Below are positions 38,908 through 48,945 of a stretch of DNA of 48,945 nt, piece after piece. The stretch is from Catajapyx aquilonaris (taxonomy: Eukaryota), in NCBI GenBank assembly GCA_000934665.2, contig KZ538161.1:62001-110945 (forward strand). The letters run 5' to 3'. A model generated the notes under the pieces. That model saw only the letters and a list, made by a program, of their open reading frames with translations. It made no database searches and was not told where the DNA came from. Position numbers and translations under genes: made by a program. The first letter of the stretch is position 1. Every line of letters starts with the position of its first letter.

Positions 38908-39270
38908 CAGTGTCGTACTGATGGCGCAACGAGCCGATGGCAAAAGAGCAAATTAAAAGTTGCCTCCGGATGACCACCGTCACTTGGGCGAAATTTGATT
39001 CACCAGTTCATTATCCTCCTGAGACCCCTGGTACAGTATACTGTACCATTGTTTTTGTTTTTTAGGCGTTTGAGTTAGTCAGAAGGTGCTGGAAAAAACA
39101 AAGGTACAGTATACTGTACCAGGGGTCTCAGGAGGTTATAAATCAAGTGAAGGCGGTCATTTAAGGAAGACAAATTTCGATCAAATTAATCGGAGGCAAC
39201 TTTTGATTCGTTCTTTTGCCACCATCGGCTCGTGGCTCCACCAGTACGACACCATTATTGTCCAGTACCA
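38908..39270. mobile_element. Tc1/mariner-type MITE family, copy B (carries an insert)
   Basis: Left arm GTGTCGTACTGATGGCGCAACGAGCCGATGGCAAAAGAGC pairs with right arm GTTCTTTTGCCACCATCGGCTCGTGGCTCCACCAGTACGACACCATTATTGTCCAG. Confidence 0.78.
39015..39135. mobile_element. 121-bp MITE with perfect 33-bp TIRs and a TTAT duplication
   Basis: TIR CCTCCTGAGACCCCTGGTACAGTATACTGTACC at both ends; TTAT at 39011-39014 and 39136-39139. Confidence 0.88.
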
Positions 39271-42200
39271 TAGTAGGATCATTACTATGTATTAGTTTCA
39301 TTGTGCAAATAAGTGACACATTTATATAATGTGGTGGTATATCAGCACCCTGAACCTCTTTTCCACTTTGAATATTCAACCTCGAAGGGCCATTACCATG
39401 CACCAGTGGCCGAAATGAGACGTAACGTTTCTGTAGACGAAGCGTGGTCGTGCAAACTGGGGCTGTGAAATGACATGAATCATGACTTTTCATCATCCAT
39501 GGCTTCGTCTATTGGTGGCCAAACAAAAGGAGCAGAGAAAATAGTGGGGTTTTCGTGCAGATTTACGCCAAAGTTCCAAAGAGCCCCCCCCCCCNCCCCT
39601 CAAAAAAAGGCCTCCAGTGTGCTATGAAATATTCCCAATTTAGTGCCCCCCCAGGCCCATATCTTTTTTTTCTGGGGTCCCCCCATCTGGTGCTGAGAGA
39701 ACCCTCATCTATTCACCTGCATCACTCGACTGGAAGGAGATGGCGGTAAATATTTCTCTGCACGCTTTCACACCCCTCCTCCTCTTTTTTGGCACCCACA
39801 AAAGCACCCCCTCTTTTCTAGAATCCCCACATCTCAATTTTGCCAATTTTCACCACCAAAAAAAATGCAACAAAGTTCGATATGAGGCACACGTGGTCTG
39901 GTGCCAGTTGGGGGAAAATTTGTCACCAAATTTTTCATAGGTCATTACACCGGGTAGGTCCAATCGAACCGGACCTTTTGTTATTTAGATGCGAAATGGT
40001 CCCGGTTGGATTTTTGGGAGGCACTCTTGGACACAACGGGCCGTGTTATTAGCGATGGCAGGGGGGACCGGCCAGGAGAAGTACCAAATGTCATTATTGC
40101 AAATCGAACAATGCAGCTGGAGTGTGTTGGTTGTAACGCTACATTTTATGGGTCCTGGATTTATGTGGTGACGGTCATTTTCGCTGTTCTAGCCTGCTGG
40201 GCAAGATTATCCGTTACTCTGAACCCATTACCAGTTCAAATTTGGAGATAGTAAAAATAAAGGTGATTATTTTTTTCATGTGGAAGGACGTTCTCTTCGT
40301 ATTGGTGCAGGTTTTCTTGGAATCCGCTTCGTGCCAAATGTCTTTCTCCATGACTCTTTCTCATGCCTCGTTAGCTGACTGACCAAACACGAAATATCCG
40401 GGCCAATGACTGCAAAGAGTGCGGGGGGGGGTTAACATGTTGAGGAGTCTGATACCCGCAAGTGGGTCTCCCCCATCATAGTATCCTGGCGTGAGTGGCG
40501 CCAAAGTCTCACTCTCTTTCCTGCGGCCGGAGAATTAATTGGCCGAAGGTTTATGGGCCCCTGTGTGATGGCCCTTCATTAGGGCCACAATGGACCTTCA
40601 CCGCAATAGTGGCAGTCGTCGGACGGGGGCCATTGAGCTGCGACAATGTTTGGAGGACAGGCAAGGAGTTGATTAGGTGGGAGGGGGTCCCCTGCAGCCC
40701 ATCGTCCGGATCAGAATAGCATTTCGCCATCATGCCCGGGGCCCCCCTAATTAACGTCTTGCAGGAAGCTGGACATTTGGACCGTGATTTATAATACAAC
40801 GTCAGTGACAGTCTGATTGGGGGGCCAAGTCCGAGAGGTGCACTAGCTTGTCGGCATTTCCCCATGAGTAGATTCACCTGGGAAACTTGCCTGTCTCTAT
40901 CCCCTAGGTCCTGTCAGCACAGAGAGAGAGACCTGCAGAGAGGGGAACTAGTACAATGCAGTCGTGCAATAAAGTCTGCTGGCTCTGCCTTGATCCCCTG
41001 GTGACAGCACCCGCTGAATGAATCAAGGTGAGCGTGACGATTAACGCAATCAGCGCTAATGAGACCGCAACGTGGACTGTGTCACAAGAGACCTCCCAGC
41101 AAGCAAAAGCCTCTTTTCCTCTCTTATTCTTCCACATCCTGTGCTGCTGGGCTGCAAGAAGAAAGTTGGGAGGACAGTTGTCCAATTTGCCTGGTTCGTT
41201 ACGTCCTTATACACACATGGTGCTCTTATTTGACTGCCGTGTCCTTCTTGCGTCGTGTGGACGACAGGTCAAATGTCCACCCCCTTTGCATTTTGGGAGC
41301 TGGGACTGTAATCCCTCCCCTGAATTTGTCTCACCACACGCCGCCGTTCATCACAGTGTTGCGGATCAACCCTCACTAAACCCGTTTTCGGTTAGAGAAG
41401 GGAGATGTATCTTAAGACCTGAAACAAACATCCCGGTCCATTAGTCCAAGTCCCGAGCACTGGACACCGCCAAGGGGGTCAGCTTTTGTCATCCCTCGTC
41501 CCCTAGTTGACCACGGACAAAGCTCCAGGTGGAAGTGAAATGATTGTAATCCGGGGCGGCACCGATTGATGGTCCAGGGGATTAGAAAAGTCCTCGGTAC
41601 CGCAGACCCGACCCCCTTTGGCTGTACCGTAATGAGAGGGAATTATCCGGGCTGAAAGTACCGGTGTAATGATTTCTTGGAATTATACGGGACTGAGGTT
41701 GACAATTTTTGCTTGTTTTCCCCCAAACGTGTTGCATGCCCCGAATCTTTTTGTCTCGGAGAGTACCTGGCACACCGGTACATTAGTACCACGGGGCATT
41801 CCGACGGGAGGCATCGGTCCAGAAGCGTAACCCCGCACATGGTTCAGCGTGTATTACCTTGAGGGCCGGGACTGGTCTGTACAGCATTGGGGGCCTCATT
41901 AGTGCAGCCTCACAGCTCCGGCCCGCGGGCCACACAGCTGCAAATGTGAGATTTCGCATGGGGCATATACCCACGCCGAATTTACTATATGCGACTAGCT
42001 TTTCTTCGCCAATAAATCCAATTTGTCAGATGTCAATCTGTGGAAATGTAACGGCAACAATCGACGTTGCTGCAAAAGGAGAGAAAAGCTTCAGGCGAAA
42101 GAACATGGCCACCATCTTAGCAACGTCTTGATCGATTACCAACCCACGTGTAACTTTCCCGGATATTTTCTGCACAGGCGTAATGCCTTCCTTCTCCTTT

Positions 42201-43257
42201 TGCTGGAAACTGCTGGACTTACTTTCTCCCCCCTTTTCCCCCCAACCAACCATCTCAGCAACCCCATTGTTATCTCAGGAATATTCTGACGGAACTCTCT
42301 GTAAACGTCTCGAGACACGCTGCATGGTAATTCTGTGGAAAGGTTTTCCTCAAAGTAAATTCTGGACTCCCCACCACCTTATTCAGATGTGCAATGAGCA
42401 TGTAACGTTATGTAAACCGACACATATGTTTTCTTGGGGGAAAGAGAGGGGTGGAGACTATGGTTTCTTGTAAGACGCTGAAGCCAGGTGACCCCTCCAC
42501 AGTTGGAATCAATATTTCCAGAATTGCAAATTCTTCTTGTGCAATTTTTTTGCAAGATGGCAGTCATTGCCACGTACAGTACAGCCATGCTGTTGTGGAA
42601 TATCAACATGTTGTATAAAAGGCGAAGTTCGTCCTTTTCTGATAAAATGTATTTCGTTCCTCACCAACTTAATTATTATTAAGTTGACAAAATCGGCTGT
42701 TATTTAATTTTTTAAACAGTGAAATCAGTCCAGGGCGGGAAAATTAAATGCCAGCTAATGTGCGTAAACCACTGCGTTGCTACCCAAAATGTTCCCTGGG
42801 GCTCTCACTTTTTTTTCCAGCACTCCCCGCTGTTCTGTGGGCTTCGCATGGTGAATCACAAATGCAACCCCCCCTTCAGCATCACAGAGGGCAACCCCTC
42901 CTCCTGGACCCCCCGTCAGATCATCGTCATGATCACCATCATCGCTGTCGGGGTTGGCACTCGACAGTCGTTCTCTGATTGTCAGGGGCCTCCCCAAAAT
43001 AAAAAATCCTTAATTACTTGTTAGTTTTAGGCAGCACCAGAGTTGCAACAAAAGAAGTCTGAAACCATGTTGAAGTGCGAACGGATGACGTTTGAGTCCA
43101 TGATCATATCGCGATACCTGAGGTTCTGGACCACCTGAAGAGCTGCTTTTTCCACTGAGGCCAATTAGAGTTGTCCTCCAGACAAGATGGAGAAACGATA
43201 TCGCTTTTGAAATGAGACGAACGCAATCTTGTTCGTGAGCATGCATTTTGAGTCACC

Positions 43258-43744
43258 CTGTTCTGGACATTAATGGTGTCGTACTTGTGGCGCCACGAGT
43301 CGGTGACGGAAAAAGAGCGATTCGATATTTGCCCTCCGGATGACCACCTTCACTCGATTTATCATATGAAGGTGGTCATACGGAGGGCAAATTTCGATCA
43401 AGGTGGTCGTACAGTGTTGGACATTAATCGCGTCGTATACTGCTTGCGACATTTTCTGATGCGGCAAATCGAAGTGTGAACCGTGCGAGTAAGAAGTGGT
43501 CAGCCTTGAGTGATGTCACTGGCTGGGAGGCAATGGAGAAAAGATTGTCCCCCAGCCAGTGACGTCACCCAAGGGCTACCATTTCTTACTCGCACGGCTC
43601 GCACTTCAATTTGCAAGTTTGCCGCATCGGAAAATGTCGCTAGCGGTATGACGGAATTAATGTCCAGTACCTACTGTACGGAAGCAAATCTCGATTCGCC
43701 TTTTCGCCAAAGCGCCACCAGTACGCCATTAATGTCCAGCACTG
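43258..43744. mobile_element. Tc1/mariner-type MITE family, copy C (carries an insert)
   Basis: Left CTGGACATTAATGGTGTCGTACTTGTGGCGC; right GCGCCACCAGTACGCCATTAATGTCCAGCACTG + TA; intact internal hairpin at ~43325-43395. Confidence 0.8.
43412..43676. mobile_element. Palindromic Tc1/mariner-type MITE sharing terminal sequence with its host
   Basis: TA at 43410-43411 and 43677-43678; starts CAGTGTTGGACATTAAT; arms pair throughout (e.g. CCGTGCGAGTAAGAA / TTCTTACTCGCACGG and GTCACTGGCTGGG / CCCAGCCAGTGAC). Confidence 0.85.
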
Positions 43745-45106
43745 TACAGTACCATGCTCAGCGACCTGGGTGTAAATGAGGAACGTCCATTTAAGCCTGG
43801 GTATATGGTTCCCTGGTTACAATTTAGGCTCAGTATATGTATAGAGAGACTGGTTGGCATAGTGAGGAAGCAGTTGGCGGTGGTAATCGGGCAGGTCCCT
43901 TCGTTTGCGTCCGAAGTTAGGTGTGATGATGCGATTTCCCCAACACCGCAAATCCCTAATCCACTTGGCGATGGGAGTACTAATAACTAATTAGCCTTGG
44001 CGAATGAAGCCCCGGCGTCACCTATGCGGCTGCTCCCGTGGTTTTCCGCTTGTTGTCCTCACTCGGCCAGGGCTAAGTCGCTAATCTCGCGTGTAATCTT
44101 AGCTTGCATGGCGTTGCGACACTTCATGCCTGTCAACCCCCCCTCCTCCCCATATACTCCCCCCCCCTCCTCTTTCCACCTGTCCGCTCCTGGCTGCCCG
44201 CAGGTGACTTTTCCACATTCACTCAATCCCCTTTCGCACTCAGCCGAAAAATTTTTCCCAGACCCACATCCCCCCCCATACCTTTCATACACGGTGCTCT
44301 CATCTGGCTGGAAATTACAGGCAGTGTGCTCTCAACATTTTTTAAATTTGCCGCCGCATATTTTAGGGGCCATCCTACTGGATTATCCGCTGATTTTATA
44401 GTTATTTTTTTTCGAAAAAGAAAAGAAGATTGTTGTAAGTGTTAATTTGCAATATGTTGGTGCCAACAATACTGCTTAGAATAATTTGTATAAATAACAG
44501 CTAATGATTATCACCTGACCATTTCTGCAGTTTTTTATTTAAATATTTTTTTTAAAAATATATAAGTGCAGTACATTTTTTTAAAAAACCCGGCATCGCA
44601 CACCGTATAATTTGACAATAGCCGCGGAACGTGTCCGCATGTGAGTAGATCCCTAGATCCTTTCTCGAGCCCTGGAAGCCCGATCCCAAGCTTGGAAGCG
44701 GACCGCCATTGTGAACTTAAAGGGCGGGGCTTGGAAATAACCCCCCCCCCCCCTCTCCTCACCACCCTGTCCCTCACCACCCCCACCTCTCCCCCCCTTC
44801 GAAACTCGAATTTTCCCTCCTCCCAAAGTCTCTCTTGCGCTCACCCCAGCGCCATCTGTGCCTCCAGAGGCAATCCCATCTCAGCATCTCTTGCCTTACA
44901 AACACCCCAGAATATGCTAAGTCTAAAATGTATGCTAAATAAGTTATGAGAGGTACTAATCTGGTAATACGAAATGCCCTTTTTCATTGGTCAACAAGGA
45001 TGATTTCCATTATAAAGAAATGGTATAGTGTGATAGGGTTTGTAATATTTTTGTTGCCCAGGAAAATAGCTGCTGAACAAAATAACTGATACGAACAAGA
45101 GTCATG

Positions 45107-45458
45107 TTTATACCTTTTCTCATTAAAAAGTCGTACATAACGGCTCTGACAGTCCGTCTGTCTGTGGACAGGTATCAGGGCCTAAACCGCAAGAGATAGC
45201 GACAAACTGTTTTGGGATTCGGATTCAGCGTAACAAGTAAATAAGGTTTTATAGACAACTTCCTAGCTGTGACAGTCCACTTCCGGTTTTCCAGGCTCAT
45301 TATATCCGCCAAGGTCAACTCTACATGATTTAGATTTATTTAAAAAGGTCACTTGGCAACAAGAAATGAGACTGACAACATTCTACGGCATTGTAGTCCA
45401 ATTTGAATTTCATTGGAAATCAGAAAAGGTCTACTCGAATCAATCACGCCAATCTTGT
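45107..45458 (+). mobile_element. DINE-1/Helentron-like element, copy 3
   Basis: Starts TTTATACCTTTTCT; subterminal inverted repeat AGAAAAGGTCTA near 45422; GTCY microsatellite and shared core; ends GCCAATCTTGT. Confidence 0.8.
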
Positions 45459-47356
45459 GATTTGTTATTTTATCGCCTTAAATAATCCTATATTGTTCAG
45501 CACACTCCAGAAGACACATCCAATATTGTGGCATTGTTATGGTGATGACGCACGATGGTAATGGGCATATACAATAAGAAATAAGTTGTCACAGGTTCTC
45601 ATGACAAACAGACAAACTTTTCCTATATAATACATGTAGCATAATAGAGGTAACCCCAACTTACAGTCCTTACAGATTTACTCTCCTTTTTATATAGGCC
45701 TACTATATAACTAGCAACCGCCATCATTAACTGCCTGTACCAAACTTGCGGTGTTACAACAACCATCAAAAGGAGCAATTATCTCGCTTATTTATTCGAA
45801 CATTAAACTCCAATTAATACTCCAAGCTAACTAGGACTGTGTCTCGAGGCTGCTGGATATAAGAAGGGTTCAATATGGCGTGAGTTACGTCACGAGCAGT
45901 CGAGCCAGAGAGACAGGATTGGTGGTGGTAGGGGAGGGGGGGTTAGAGAGAGAAGAGGAGGAGAGGAGGGGGGGGGGGGGACTCACTTATTCCAGCAAAT
46001 TATCCCTACGAGCCGATTAATCAGCGGCAACACAGGCGCCCCCGACACTGAACAAGAGTAACAATAAACAAGCGACAAAGCCATTAAGTGGCTGGCTGTG
46101 CGTGGAGCGAAGGGCGACAAAGTGAGTTTATTGCCTGTGGCAGACATGCTCGCGATCCGAACTCCAAACCCTCCGCTTGCTACTAAGCAATCTCTCCTCA
46201 TTACGAATCGGTTCCTTCGCATCTCAATTACTAACGCTGTAAGCAGCTGTCTGTACACAACACTGTAGCCCTTAAGGGGGAGGCTGTATCAAGTTGGCTC
46301 GGTTTGTTAACAGATGGCGTAGGTGGCGTGTAGAGATGGTCAAGAGATGGCGTTGGTGGCGCTGAACTTCCCGGGGTCCTCGTACAGATGGCGCAGTCTC
46401 CCTCTCAGCACACTACTGCCACTCGCAGGTGGTGCGAGGGGCAGTAGTACTATCAGCTCGGACAAACAAGCGGAAAGACAGACATAGCCGATTATACTGT
46501 ACTGTACAGTAATAAAATTGCCAATTGAGAGTACTTTTGACTACATAGTACAGAGTTGGTGAAAAGTGCAGTGCATGGAACAAAACGAGCGGTGAGGTCC
46601 CATGATTGCTGCGTCGCATCCCTCTGTGTCCCATTGTGGGGAAATGTGTATGCGGAGGCGATACTTACACATTATGGGCCGCATATGACTAGAGCCAATA
46701 GAACATGAGCAGCAGCTGCAGGTGTAGGCTATAGTCAGGCTTGCTCCCTCGCCGCACAATCTGTGCCGTTAATTTCATTTAGTCCACGGGTCGCACACTG
46801 CATGTGCAACCGGGCGCACAGGAAATATCGACGAATTGCAATTAAGCGAACTCCCCCCCCCCCTCCACCCTCCTCTCTATAACCCAACCCCTGCTGCCAC
46901 CCAACGCTCCCCCACCACCCCAGCAGCAGTCCAAACATGCTCATCCATGCGGAGGATACAGATAGTTATGTTCACAGGTCAAAAGCTGGTACAAAAAATG
47001 GTAGGTTCCCACTGCCTGTACAGTGTGCATCAATACGAATGTGTTCAACAATATCTTATTAAATGGCGGTCTGTTCTGGCTGACCAAGGGTCAAGTTCAG
47101 TCTAGGACATTGTCAGGAACTGATTTTGAACGGGGATGGGCACGACAATGAGGGGAGAATGATGTGAATGTCGCGCCCTGCATGGGTAGGAAGATGCCAC
47201 AGGGGATGCCAGCATGAGTTGGGGTTCATCCTTTGCCCACTTGGAGAGCCACGTCCCTCGCAGGTTTTCGAAAGTGGCGCACGTTGCGAAGAGAGGTCGA
47301 ACTCTTATGCTCATATCATGTATTTACAGAATATACTGTAGCAAGAGCTCTTGACT

Positions 47357-47441
47357 GTAGTAGTTAGGTAGTTAGTAGTTAGCTAGTAGCAGTAGTAATA
47401 GTAGTAGTAGTAGTAATAGTAGTAGTAGTAGTAGTAGTAGT
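47357..47441. repeat. (TAG)n microsatellite
   Basis: Imperfect then near-perfect TAG trinucleotide run. Confidence 0.9.
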
Positions 47442-47532
47442 TTTATGAAGCATAATTTTTTATGAAAGAGATCATCATCACCATCAGGCCCAACTGGCCC
47501 AACATATTAGGATTTAAATATATTGGGTTTAA

Positions 47533-47860
47533 AATTTTTTTTTGAAGTACCCCGTGATGACCTGTTTCGTCTATAGGGGGGTGGACTACCACCATTGGAG
47601 GGAAAGGGCTGTTGTCTATTTTTGAATACGCCCGGACCCACGGGCAGGGAAACTGGGAGGGGATGTGCGTGGGCACAGACGTTGATGTGCCGTTTTGTGA
47701 ACTCCCCCGGATGGCATATGTGGAAGGATCGCCACCCGAAACGAAGCCAGAGACGGTCTTACTCTGCGCGAGATGAAGGGGGAACCCCGGGTTGGGATCG
47801 AACCCGGGACCTTAACATCCGCGGGCGCATACGTTACCGCAGCGCCACTTCGCCTCCCAG
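47533..47860 (-). mobile_element. tRNA-derived SINE, full-length copy 2 (~330 bp)
   Basis: Pol III A box TGGCGCTGCGG (47847-47837) and B box GGTTCGATCCC (47804-47794); A-rich tail; perfect 13-bp TSD ATATTGGGTTTAA at 47520-47532 and 47861-47873. Confidence 0.92.
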
Positions 47861-48945
47861 ATATTGGGTTTAATAGTGCAGCAGGTAGGCCGAGTAAGTA
47901 GCGTGCTGTGCACTGTGCAGTATTCATCCAGCAGTAATCAAGTTCCAAGCATTTTTATTTTATTTTTTAAAATTTGTACAGTGCCTTTCAGCCAGCTTTC
48001 AGCAAAGTGTAGGCTCCTGCCAATTTCTGAAACTGGCCTACTTTTTTGTTCATCAATATTGGCAACAAGTGACTGGTTTAATCAGAGAAACTTCAATTTT
48101 CTTTAGAGCAGAAAAAATGAAGAGTGGCATTCCAAAGCATTATAAGTAAATTGCATTCAAGGGCACCCCGATGAGAGGATGAGAGGTTCAGGTGTAACTA
48201 GGTTTTACAGTACCTTCATCTTCTGATTATTTATTTTGTGTATCCTGCAACACCTGATTCCGCACCTCATGTGCATTGACACTGTGACAGGACTGGATTC
48301 GCCATCTCATTTATCTTCAGTTGTCAGGATGTTGTCATACAGTTGGCAATATTCTCACTTGAAGATATGAAGGCATACTTCACAAATGTATATGCAGAGA
48401 TCAGCATGGCTCAAGTTTTAGTTTTAAAAAACGAGAATACATGTAGAGTAAATCTCCCTCAAAAACGCACTCGTAAAAAACGCGCCAAGTCGTCTGCCGA
48501 AAAAACCTGTGAGATAGTGCCTGGGAGCCATGCCTTGTCCACTCCGCCGTACAAAGTCGTGAGATCGTGGTGGACGCCAAGCCTTTCTTCGAGGCTATAA
48601 GCTAAGTGAGATGACTTGGCCGGACTTGGTTCACGTGCACGAGGAACAATACGCGTTCAGTTCGCTGGAATTTGGTCAAGTTACCCAATTTTAGCTGTAC
48701 GACTCAATTTTCAAGTCTAATAAACCGCGATTGTAATCATGTGTGGTTCTAATCATGTGCGATTCGAAGGTGACATTTTGTAGTCCTGTGATACGAATCA
48801 GAGGTCCAAGTATATTTATAATTATTCTAATGAATCAAGGAACTGTAATTGTAATTTGAAGGTGGAGTTGTTACGTTACTGCTCCACCATTGACAGTTAA
48901 AAGTTAATATTCCATTCGAAGGTCACATTTTTGGGTAATGGCTCT

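Noticed and set aside
47780..47860. Possible tRNA gene
   Set aside because: A and B boxes are present but there is no convincing acceptor or anticodon stem; the body, A-tail and TSD identify a SINE.

Overview
This is eukaryotic non-coding DNA, probably from an invertebrate animal (inferred from the element types and the abundant CpG). I recognise no protein-coding exon, rRNA, true tRNA or CRISPR array, and the ORF track looks like noise. The window alternates between GC-richer unique blocks flanked by G/C and GA runs (possible cis-regulatory DNA) and AT-richer blocks of short non-autonomous mobile elements. Families supported directly by sequence: a tRNA-derived SINE (2 copies with target-site duplications, TSDs), a TTAA piggyBac-type MITE (2 near-identical copies), a DINE-1/Helentron-like element (3 copies), a Tc1/mariner-type MITE family (3 recognisable copies plus a fragment and a sister element), hAT-like and Mutator-like MITEs, several foldbacks, a ~220-bp tandem array and minisatellites. 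The most unusual feature is recurrent nesting. There is a three-level stack (array > SINE > piggyBac MITE), and each of the three recognisable Tc1-type copies carries a different insert in its internal hairpin. I found no evidence for a protein-encoding novel system. All alignments were done by eye.
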